The notes beneath the pieces were generated by a model. It was not told the DNA's origin and did no database searches. It worked only from the letters and a program-made list of their open reading frames with translations. The position numbers and the translations under genes were made by a program. Source: Welwitschia mirabilis (taxonomy: Eukaryota). From it: 34,115 bases of DNA. How positions within the stretch are numbered: position 1 is the first letter of the stretch; each line of letters opens with the position of its first letter. Location of the stretch: positions 2,361,677 to 2,395,791 of the forward strand of contig JBOZIK010000001.1 in NCBI GenBank assembly GCA_051453625.1, read 5' to 3'. This document shows, one piece after another, positions 23,678 through 34,115 of the stretch.

Positions 23678-23999
23678 TAAAGATATTATATATCAACCAT
23701 TTCTTCGTAAAAAAATAAAAATAAGAAAGAATTTATGAAATCATTCCTGACCTATAATTTTATTTAAAAAATTTAAAATTAAAGAAAAAAATGTAGAACT
23801 ATAGATTCAATAATGATAGAGAAATATTCCTCTAATAACATTTAAAAGAAAAATATAAAATTATTTTAATGTAATATAGTATAAATCCCAAAAACACTGT
23901 TATAAGTATATATTTAGTGAGGAGTATACAATAAATAAGAAATATGTAGGAAAAAAAGTACAATGCTTACAAATTAAATTTTCTTTTAATATATCTTCG

Positions 24000-25230
24000 A
24001 TGAGCTCTTCTTAATAGAGGCATCCAAAAGCCTCACTTAGCTTTTATCACTTTGATCAGTTTAATTATTAGTAACCTTTAATAAAAATTACAAGTAAGAA
24101 AAGATATTGCACAAGAAATATTCTCCTCAAGTTCCCTACAAAAGGCTTCTTTTAAGCTTCTAACTCCAATATCTCAAAGTTCTTCTTTCTTAACTCTAAC
24201 TCACAAAGTATACCCTTCATCTTGATACACACTATAATATATAATACTTTAAGAATTATCTTAATCATGAAGGAATCCTCTAATGATAGACTCTTATATG
24301 TTTTAACAAAAATAACTTCTAAACATAACATACTTCTTATGCCTAGATTTCCTCTGAACATAACATATTCCTTACACCTAGACTCTATACCTAGATTTTC
24401 TTTAAAAATGCTAATTTAAATAACTTCACATGATGCCTATGTGTAATTACACATAGTTCTTACATGGAAATTACACATGAAAATTTTTCCCATACAAATA
24501 CACTTAAAACTTAGTAAATAGATTCTTAACCAAAACACATTATTTATTTTTATTTTTTAAGGATGCTCCTACATCATTCTTCATACTTGAAAGTGAGCTA
24601 TTACAAGAAAGGGATTTCTCTTTTAGTGGACTTTTGCAACTTATTGTTAGGTAGTTATCCTCTACAATCTAAATTGCATCATCTAGGCAATATTGTAGTA
24701 ATAAGTACTCCTTATACACCTTCCTCCATTTCTGCTTCTTACAAATTTTAAGAATTATTGTTCTTTCATTCACCTTGTACTTTCTTTGTTTAACTTTTGT
24801 AGCTCTACAATCCAATATTTATCTCAATAGATTCTTCATAATACTCCACTAGTTTATTAACATTTAACATAGGTGAAATATCCATATTTTTTAGAATATT
24901 TAATTGGTTAGAATTTGGTGAAATATTGTTCACAATTATGGATGGACAAACCCTTCAAAATTTGAGCTTGTTATATGTGCATGTGAGAAATGTTTTCTCT
25001 TGTAGTTATATCACCACTATGTCATCCTCCAACTCCACATATCTTCTTTACTTGTTAGTTACATCAATAAGCTCAAAATTTAATGCTTTCAAATATTTCC
25101 ATACATATTAATTTTATTCGCATAATCCTCTATCATTACTAAAGGTTTTAATATATCATGCAATAGATTTAGCATCCTTAGGTGATATATATTAACCCAC
25201 TTTATTTTGATAACTTAGACTTCTCAAATC
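24000..25230 (-). mobile_element. Chromovirus-type Ty3/gypsy 3' end: integrase C-terminus, chromodomain, PPT, 3' LTR starting at 24576
   Basis: NK*RRYVELEDDIVVI*LQEKTFLTCTYNKLKF*RVCP...MDISPMLNVNKL at ~24850-25060; KVYKEYLL..CLDDAI*IVE chromodomain at ~24655-24722; purine-rich tract then TGATGTAGGAGCATCC as the LTR start. The left LTR end is not resolved. Confidence 0.8.
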
Positions 25231-25233
25231 TAG

Positions 25234-26638
25234 TGTTGTATGTATGTAGGAAATAAAGACAATAAAGAAGCATTTAAGTTGATTAAAGACATCCATAAAG
25301 TTAGAAGATGTCTAGAGACTTAAAGACATCTATGAAATGTGAATATGTTTATACATTGTAAAGATGTCTACATAGGTTGAAGATGTCTTGGCTAAATTAT
25401 AAGAGCTTAATAGAGGATGTCCACTAGAAGATAAGAACAGTGCAATAGAACTAAAACTAGAAGGGGATCTTAGTATAGATTGAAGATGTCTCCAATTGTA
25501 GAAAACATATACAATACTTAAAGATATAACTTTTAAAGATAAGATACTATCTCATAACAGAAAATAAAATAGATGTTTCAAGTATTAAATCAAGCTATAT
25601 AAGTGATTTCCCTATTGCTTGCATGATGGATCTAGTCATTTTACATGTCTTTTAAGCTATTTTACATACTAAATCTAACCATTTTTAATGCGACACAATC
25701 CATTTAGAGAAGAATCAATAACTAGGGTAAATCAAAGCTTAATAAATAATATATGAATGTGATCTAACATGACAAGTAGTACCAGATGAAATATGTTATA
25801 TTTTCTCTTTGAATGTACTTTAGAATAGATTAGACAAATCATCTTTAGTAAAAGGTATGATTGAACTCATCACCAAAATGATAGATTAGAAGTAAATCTT
25901 GTAGTAAAGATACAACATCATGGGATGAATTCAAAAATAAGTGAAGGCATCATTAAGAAGAAACTAGACCACTTCCAAACCATGAAGAAAGGAACAAATA
26001 CAATTAGTAATATATTTCTATATTTTTCTTTATTTTCTTCTTAGGCAAGTATTTCTTAGGCTTTGAGTTGTTCTACATATCTTGTACTAGCTTACTCTCT
26101 TTATAATTTATTATACTATATTTGTAAAAATTTTATTTTGTTATAATTTAATATTATTCCAAATATAGCTATCATTGTATATCAACCCACATGGGGATTT
26201 GTGTTCTCAGGCTTTGTTAAAGATTTTAAGTTGTAATTATGGCCTTTGAGGATTTTTGTATGCTTTTGTAAGAGAAACTATTTAATTATAAGGTTATCAA
26301 TAAGTCTAAAACCATTATTTCATTGTAAAATTAGTCACAAACGTAAAACCACTAGTTGATTATAAGGTTAATGATAAGCCTAAAACCATAGTCTATTGTA
26401 AAGTTAGGGATGAATCTTAAATCACATATTTGTGGAAGGAATAACATATAGAGGTTTTCAAGTTTTAACCTGTTAAATGTGGACTACCAAGTTTAAGAAG
26501 CCATGTTATCTAATAAGAGTTTTTATTTCTAAGTTTTTAGTTTCCTTGTTACTTATTTTTGGTTGTTGAATTTTGTTATTAGTATAAATGTTTTTTGGGA
26601 ATTCATTCACCCCTTCCCTTTGAGTTAAATAATTTACA
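25234..26638 (+). repeat. 5' LTR (~1.4 kb) of a Sirevirus-like copia element
   Basis: Starts TGTTG and ends TTACA 2 nt before the PBS; C-rich ATTCACCCCTTCCC at ~26606-26618 near the LTR end as in Sireviruses; internal motif arrays at 25285-25495 and 26283-26425. Confidence 0.7.
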
Positions 26639-26640
26639 AG

Positions 26641-26651
26641 TGGTATCAGAG
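26641..26651 (+). promoter_or_regulatory. tRNA-iMet primer-binding site
   Basis: TGGTATCAGAG after ...TTACA-AG. Confidence 0.9.
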
Positions 26652-26699
26652 TAGGTACTCATGAAAATGTGTAACAAACTTGAGTAAAATATAATAAAG

Positions 26700-29600
26700 G
26701 AGTTCTTAACTATTAGAGGTCTACTCTTTAATGAGACTATAACTATGTCTATTAAAAATGAGGATTTAGATCTACTTGAAGTATTTGTATTTTGAAATGG
26801 GGTAGGCTAGAAAATATAAATATGTAACATCATATAAGATAGTAAAAAATATACATTTATGTATTACCATGCTAAAGGATAGAAAAACCTAAATAGATAA
26901 AAAGAAGAAGGCATATATGTGGAAAGGAAGTTTGGGATCTTTTAGAAGGTTTTTATAAAGGCATATTAGTAATTAAGTAATCCAAGTTACTGGTGTTAAT
27001 AAATCAATTTAAGAATCTCAAAGTGAATAAAGGTGGAATAATACATAAATAGTTTACTAGAGGAATCAACATTGTGAATGAAATTCATGGAATTAATGGA
27101 GATCTACTAGAAGAGAAGGTGATCAAAAATATTATTTAGATTACTCATTCTAGTTTAAATACAAAAACCATCACTATGGAGGAATCGAGGAACTTTATTA
27201 TAATTAAATTCAAAGAATTATAAAGTAGCTTAATAGCATATGAAATGAACATAATTGAAGATGAGATCATCAAAGAAAAGACTATAACACTCTTACTAAA
27301 TAAGACATTGAGGAATTATAGTAAAGAAAGATCTATAGTTGCATTAGATAATGACTTAGATAATGATGATGAATATGAACTTTCCTTAATCTATGAAATA
27401 ATAAAACAACTACTATTTAAATGAAATAGAAGAAGAAAAAAATAAATAAAGACAACCAAACCCACAAGGCAAAGATAAGAGTAAAGGTAAGAACATTGAG
27501 TTCTATAAAATTAATTTTTTAGATATAGAATGTTGGAATTCTAGGAGTAGAGGCCATCTTGCCTCAAATTATCTAAGTACTAATACAAGACAAGAAAACA
27601 CAGAAATACAAAAGGAATAATAAAACCCTATACATTAGTTGAAATGATGACAATAAAGTTATAGAGGATTAAAAAAGTTCTTACCTATCATTCATGGAAG
27701 TTACCCATGAAATAAAAGACTTAAATTTATAGATATAATGATCTTAATAACTTGAATTATGAAGAATATGAGCTCATACTTCAACGAATGTATGAATTAA
27801 TATTTGAAAGATTTGTTAATATTTAAAAATTACATACTAAATGAAAAAGATGTTTCATAACTGTAAATTAGCCTATGAATTAAAAAAGAAAACTCTTATT
27901 CCAAGCTAAAAAATGAAAATATTTCTCTTAAAAGATTGGTAAAGTAAGTACTAAGTTAGATAAAGTAAAATAGAATATGCAGGATGCCAAATTTATTAAT
28001 GAAAGATTGATCCAAGGAAAGAGAACAATGCTTTTAAGGAAGAATAATGCTTCTACAAATCAACCTCAAAAGGACTCACAAAATGTTTTCACACATTAGA
28101 AATACAAAATAAGCTATGAATATTTGTTACATTCAAATAATATGATTTGTTTTTATTTTCATAAAAAATTGCTTTATAAAAGGTATTATCCATTACTTTG
28201 TCATCAACATTATTGCATTAAAGTTTAGAAAGAAAAAGAAAGATGGATAAATAAATTTGTCTTTAAAAATAATATTAAGAAGGTGTCAAATAAAATTAAT
28301 AGAGATCTTATTGCTTAAATAGAATTTCAAGATATAAAAAGAGTATTTAGTACATTAAAAGTGGTTTTTCAAGGCATATAATAGGTAATAAATCACTATT
28401 CAATAGTTTGATTGAGTACGATTATAGAGTAGCATCATTTAGAAACTACATTAAAGAATTAATCAACAACATAGGCATAATCAGAGGCAGTAACATTTTA
28501 AGGATAAATAATGTCTTTTATGTGATGGATTATTACATAATATTTTAGGTATAAGTTAGTTATGTAAATCTAACTCTAATATAAAGTTTTAAAAAGTTAG
28601 CTATAGTGTAATGGATAACACTTTTAGTAAAATGTTGTTTTCTGGTCAGAGAAAGGTCAATGTATATGTTACATCTCTTGTTAACATTACAAACAAGAAT
28701 ATGAGATATTTTATTATTATAATGAATGAACTGAGGATGTGACATAAGAATCTACAACATGTAAAGATGAAATTAATGAAAACCTTATCCATCAAATAAC
28801 TTGTAAAAGGTATTCCTAAGTTTAAAAGCTTTGATCACTTAGTATGTGATTCTTTCTTAGAGGGGAAAAAAAAACAAGGATAAGATTCAATAATAAAAAT
28901 TTTATTCACACTTCTTGTCCACTATATTTAGTACATTTAGATTTGAGAGAACCTTCACAAACTAAAATCTTAGAAAATAAAATATATTACCTAATTTTAG
29001 TTGATGATTTTTTTAGATTTACATGCATAACCTTCCTTGGTTACAAGGATGAGGATTTTAATAGTTTTACTAATTTATGCAATACATTGTAGAATGGAAA
29101 AGGATATCATGTCAAATAATGGTAAAGCATTTCAAAATTCTTGATGTATTGAATTTTGTGAACAACATGGGATTAATCATTAGTTTTATATACCAAGAAT
29201 TCCATAGACAAATGAAGTAGTAGAGTGAAAAAGTTAAAATCTAAATAAAATGACTAGAACCATGACACATGATCAAAAGGTAGTACATCATTTTTGGATA
29301 GAAGTATTCTACACCACATGTTACATATAGAACAAAGTATTAGAAAGATCATTTATTAAAAGAAACTTCTTATGAGTTTTAGCATGGTGCAAAACTTCTC
29401 ATAAATCAAATGTTTTATTCTAAATGAAAAGAAACAATTACAAAAATTTGATGTTAATGCCAATAAAGATATAGTTCTTGTTATTATACATTTAGCAAGT
29501 CTTATAAAACATTTAAAATACATATTCTAACTTTAGAAGAAACCTTTAATGTATGGATGAATGATAATTGTATAGGATAATGATGAATAAAAGGTTTAAA

Positions 29601-30050
29601 GAAAGAAATATACTTTAGAAAAATAAGATGAATTAAATAAAGGAATAAAGAGACATAATGAATAGAATAAACCAAAATCTCAAAAGAAAAGATGGATGGA
29701 GATAGCACATTCTCCAAGAGACATCATTGAAAGCCTACAAAGTGAATTAAATACTATAAGACTAATAAAGATCACTATGAATATGCTACCTACAAATTTA
29801 TAGTGGAATGTGACATCTTAACAAATGATAATGATGATAAAGCCTAGTTGATAAATATACAAAAGTAAATAGTCATGTGATGAGAGTTGGGGACTAGAAA
29901 TTTTCCAAATCGGTAAATGGAAGAGATGAGCTCTTATGTTAACTATATTAATTTACATTATCACATATTACTTTACTAGAGTTGTTTTGCATCTATCTAG
30001 GATAATCATGCATAAAATATCATTAGAAACATTGTTTAATACCTTTTTTA
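26700..30050 (+). mobile_element. Decayed Ty1/copia (Sirevirus-like) gag-protease-integrase; RT/RNase H largely deleted
   Basis: gag K*SKLLVLINQFKNL...NIVNE...EL*SSLIAYEM (26970-27247); knuckle ECWNSRSRGHLASNY (~27530); protease *YIKSGFSRHIIG (28348); *HKNLQHV...LVKGIPK...VCDS (28740-28855); PLYLVHLDL...LVDDFFRFT, SNNGKAF, P*TNEVVE*K, FWIEV.YTTCY (28920-29330). Confidence 0.93.
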
Positions 30051-30902
30051 TGTAGACATGTCCAATAACAGTATATGTCTACTTGTAGTACATGTCTAGA
30101 TTTAAAATAAATGAAACACTTAGTATCATTCTTTCATAGGTATGTATGAGGTAAATTAATCAAAAAATAGAAGACTATTATACTTGCAAAGAAAATTCAA
30201 ACAAAAGAGAATCAACAGTTAAGATAAAGAAAGTGATCTTCAATTAGTAATGCAAGAGAATGGAAATGCTCCAAGGATCCAATGATTCATCCATCTCTCC
30301 TCCTTTGCTTCAATTATTTCTATGTCTAAAACATACACTAAATTGTCAAGTCATTAAGGCTCTGCATGAAGGCATAATCTCATCCACTACATGAGTGTTG
30401 ATGAGTTAGCCATTTATAACCATGAAAAATATGAAGAAAAGTGCATAAGATTCATCAAACAAGAGGCACTATGAATCACAAAAGTAACTTTAGACAACTG
30501 AAAAATTTGAAAGAACTCAATAATTAAGTAAGCTTTATCTAAATATTGCTGATACTACTTTACTATGCATTAACAATAAGAGGATAAAACCTACTTTAAG
30601 AAGTAGTTCTACCTAAATATTACTAATACAAATTAAAATTATGCATTAACAATAAAAGGATTTAAACTAATTATTTATTAAAACCAAAAGATATACATTA
30701 CATTAATAAAGGAGAAAAAGAAGAATAACTCCTCAACTAGCCTTGAGCATTCTGCCCCCAAGAAAGAGTATTAGAACATCATGATGTCTAATTCTTTAAG
30801 TTTTTCCCAAGTTTTCCAACTAAAAAATGAATATAATGAAGGATTTAAGGCCCTTTTATTAGAAGAGATGGGGGTTGAGGAGTGGTTACAAGCTCTTGAC
30901 TT

Positions 30903-31110
30903 ATGGCATTAAGTAGAATCTTCATCATTTAGCATTAAGTAGAATATTTTGTCTTATAACATTTGGTGGAGATTACCTTGTAGCATTAGGTAGATAAGAT
31001 TTTGTCCTCTAGCATTAAGTAGAATTATTTGTCATTTAGGATTTGATGAAGGTTGTCTTATAGCATTTGGTGGAGATCTTCATGTAGTATTTGGTGGAAT
31101 CTTTGTCATG
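30903..31110. repeat. Degenerate minisatellite, ~25-29-bp unit, about 8 copies
   Basis: Recurring TAGCATTwrGTrGA...TTGTC. Confidence 0.8.
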
Positions 31111-33082
31111 ATGAGTCCAACATGTGGCCTTTATAGCTAGATTCCTTTACCAATCAGTGCTATTAATACATGTCTTCAATGTCACCTTCACATGACTTTA
31201 CGACATGTTTTTCAATACTATAGCTACATGTTACCACTTCATATCTTTATTACCATTCTTATTTTATGAAAACTTGTGTCCATCTTTTACCATGTATTCC
31301 AAAACATGGCTAAAGACCTATAATTATTATGGAGAAAGAAATAATATTAAATTTTATTTTAAAAATAATAAAAGAGTTAAATCAATAAATTAAGTATCTT
31401 TCTTTATGCCAAATTTACCAATTTACTTGCTTAAAATGTCAATTTTGGCATGCAAACACAACTCATAACTGGCCTTTTGCTAGATCCTTAGTAAAAAGAT
31501 GATAAAAAAATGGTGAAGCATGGAAAAAAATAACTAAGTAAAAATGGCAAGTAAGGAAATGATTTAACATTTTGTGAAAATTTTTGATCAATTTTTAATA
31601 ATTAAGCATCAAAATCAAATTTTTTTAAATAAAAGTGGAAGCCATACCCCCTAACCAAAATTAAAATTTTTCCTCAAAGTCATAAAGATGGAAAATATAT
31701 GCAAGGATTTAGAGAACAAGTTAATTACATGGATAGAAAATGATGATGATAAATGTATTTAGGGGAAAAAATGCAACATAAGGTTTAAACTAGAATGTAA
31801 TTTTTAAGAAACATAAAACATGCAATCTAATGAAAATTCATTATCTACAAATTTAAAAGATAGATTACCTAGATTAATGGCCACATTCATTAAATANNNN
31901 NNNNNNNNNNNNNNNNNNNNNNNNNNNNNNNNNNNNNNNNNNNNNNNNNNNNNNNNNNNNNNNNNNNNNNNNNNNNNNNNNNNNNNNNNNNNNNNNAAGT
32001 TAAAGAAAAGTAAACACAAAAAGCATCTCCCAATTTCCACCTTTTTCATTCCAAATTACCTTTTCTACAATCACGCCTTATTTCTTATTTAAAGCATTTT
32101 GATCTATTTGGGCATTTAGTGTTAGGAAATCTCTTTCTAACAGAGTTAAACATGTTTATTTATTAAGGAATTAGTGCTACATTACCAATGAGTGTTTACA
32201 GTCTCGATGTAGTTGAATCATGTTATAAATAAATTATTAGAGCTGCATTGCTCATGAGTGTCCATAGCCCTGATGTAGTTAACTAAATCTAATTTTGATT
32301 GATCATAAAATAATGTACGTTTTAAGAGAAGATATTTTGATTTTATTTTTAATAATCCTTCTCATATTTAATACATTTTTATATAATTAAGTGGTCATTA
32401 ACCCATTAATCTAATCAAGATAAATCTTGTCCCATAAAATGCTTCTAAAACAATTAGCTTGATATGAAATTAGATTCTACCTTAATTCAAGTATATTTTT
32501 TCATTGAAGGTCTTAAGTGAAACTAAACCCTAACTCAAAAATAAGCAAAAATTCTTCTTAAAAAACTCCAAGTAAACTTAAATTTCACTTAATTTATAAT
32601 AATAATGCATTCACTTATTAACAGTTTGTTCTCTTAGGATCATCAACTAGGACCATCTAATCTTAAGAACTCATTGATAGATGAAAGGAGAAGGTGGTTA
32701 GTGGACTTTATTCGAGGAAATGCAAATGGAAGAAATGGAAGATGAAATCAGAGGTGATGATGGTTTATTCAATGGAGTGGATGGTATTAAATATTTCCTA
32801 CCTGAAAATGCTTATGATGGTGATTGTATAGATGGAAGTGCTTGTAAGGTTTTAGACAAGAAAGGGCATCAAGCATAAAATTTTTAAGAAGTTTTAATTT
32901 TCTTAAACCAAAATTTATTCTAAAGGGAAAATTTACAATAAAAGAAAAATTTAATCTGAATGCATATGTTACGACGCTAATTTATAGTAATTTGATGGTG
33001 TAATTGGAGTACTTTTGTAGGACATTTATACAGGTTTAGATGCATTTCTGCCAATTATGAAGAGAGGACAGGATAATCATGA

Positions 33083-33890
33083 AAACATGTAATTCTTGAC
33101 ATAATGGGAGGCATTTCAAGTATGTTCTGATACTTAGTATATTGAAGGAGGACTAAAGGTAAAGAAGACCAATTTACGCTACTTAAGAAGCTTGGGCAGA
33201 GTGTCGTCCTCACTGTCATCCCCATGACAGAGGGGACAACATCTTATTATGATAGTTACAAAAGAGTAGCACATGGGCATGCAATCCAAGGTGTTGTCTC
33301 CTCTGTTGTGTGGATGACCAATAGGACGATAACATCGATAACATGTGTGGGTAATTCATGGGAGCACAGGCACAGAACCCAAGCCCTTAAGATGGCATCA
33401 TCCCTTAGTCATGTGGACAACAGACAGGACACCATCTATTTTTACACTGCAATAATAGATTTCATTGTGAAGAGTATCAAACAGGCCAAACATGTAATTC
33501 TTAACATAATTAGAGGTATTTCAGGCATGTTATGGTACTTAGAATATTGAAGGAGGACTAAAGGTGAAGAAGGCCAATTTACGCTACTTAAGGAGCTTAG
33601 GAAGCATGTCATCCCCGCTGTCGTCCCCATGACAGAGGGGATGAAGCTCATTACGACAGCTACATAGGAGTAGCACATGGACATGCAATTCAAGGCATTG
33701 TTCCCTCTGTTGTGTGGATTACCAACAGGATGACAGCATTGGTAACATGCACGGGCAATCCACGAGAGCATAGGCACATAACCCAAGCCGTTAAGATGAT
33801 GTCGTCCCCTTGGTCGTGTGGACGACAGATAGGACAACATCTGTTTTTACACTGTGGTAATAAATTTCATTGTGAAGAGTGCCAAATGGG
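33083..33890. repeat. 405-bp tandem duplication with three ~40-bp palindromes per unit
   Basis: AAACATGTAATTCTT at 33083 and 33488; colinear to ATTTCATTGTGAAGAGT in both units. Confidence 0.95.
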
Positions 33891-33948
33891 TCATTTGGAC
33901 TATTAGGATTTTCTTAACAAACATCTAGGATTACAGTTCATTATAAAA

Positions 33949-33957
33949 CTATAAATA
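33949..33957 (+). promoter_or_regulatory. TATA box of the putative LTR promoter
   Basis: CTATAAATA followed by CCCTTTCCTTCTTT. Confidence 0.5.
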
Positions 33958-34115
33958 CCCTTTCCTTCTTTACTTCCAAACCATCTGTTATACTTGATAT
34001 GCTTATGACAGAAGTTTGAAGGTAGAGGGTCCATTTAGTAGCTGCAGAAAGGGGTTTCCTTGGTGTTAGGTTGTGTCTCTTCCATTGAGGAGCTATTATT
34101 CTATTATAAGTGGAT

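Larger units (their letters stand above)
32967..34115 (+). mobile_element. Probable Ty3/gypsy LTR (U3 with repeats, then TATA), running off the right edge
   Basis: Begins TGTTACGAC; GC-richer repeat block; CTATAAATA followed by a pyrimidine tract. No PBS/PPT or partner LTR is visible in the window. Confidence 0.55.

Noticed and set aside
23556-23738. 60-aa ORF with YI/ER repeats
   Set aside because: Translation of a microsatellite.
33202-33840. CRISPR array
   Set aside because: Eukaryotic TE context, no cas genes, degenerate repeats, and spacers duplicated between the two 405-bp units.
33224-33906. ORFs of 108, 132 and 64 aa as genes
   Set aside because: They overlap on both strands within a palindromic tandem repeat, and frames are broken by stops in the sister unit.

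Overview
Gene-free, very AT-rich land-plant-type genomic window made almost entirely of nested, decayed transposable elements, with six N-gaps. No intact protein-coding, rRNA or tRNA gene is supportable, and the supplied ORFs are gap artefacts, antisense reads of TE remnants or chance. Recognisable content: (1) a small TRIM (miniature LTR retrotransposon) present as a tandem array at 1-255 and as a complete 310-bp copy with a 5-bp TSD at 5553-5862; its internal domain looks tRNA-like (Pol III B box) and holds a palindrome. (2) Ty3/gypsy remnants at about 950-2010, 15700-16450 and 24000-25230 (the last with a chromodomain). (3) An old minus-strand LINE interrupted by a younger L1 3' fragment, with an uninterrupted paralog at 7700-8140. 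(4) An unidentified CpG-retaining island at about 5870-6900. (5) A ~500-bp foldback at 9796-10297. (6) Several tandem repeats. (7) A decayed minus-strand Ty1/copia gag-pol at about 18730-23210, followed by an LTR-PBS-gag-LTR unit. (8) A Sirevirus-like copia at 25234 to about 30050. (9) A probable gypsy LTR from 32967 carrying a 405-bp duplication built from six palindromes. Protein motifs were read by eye, and boundaries without a TSD or PBS are approximate.
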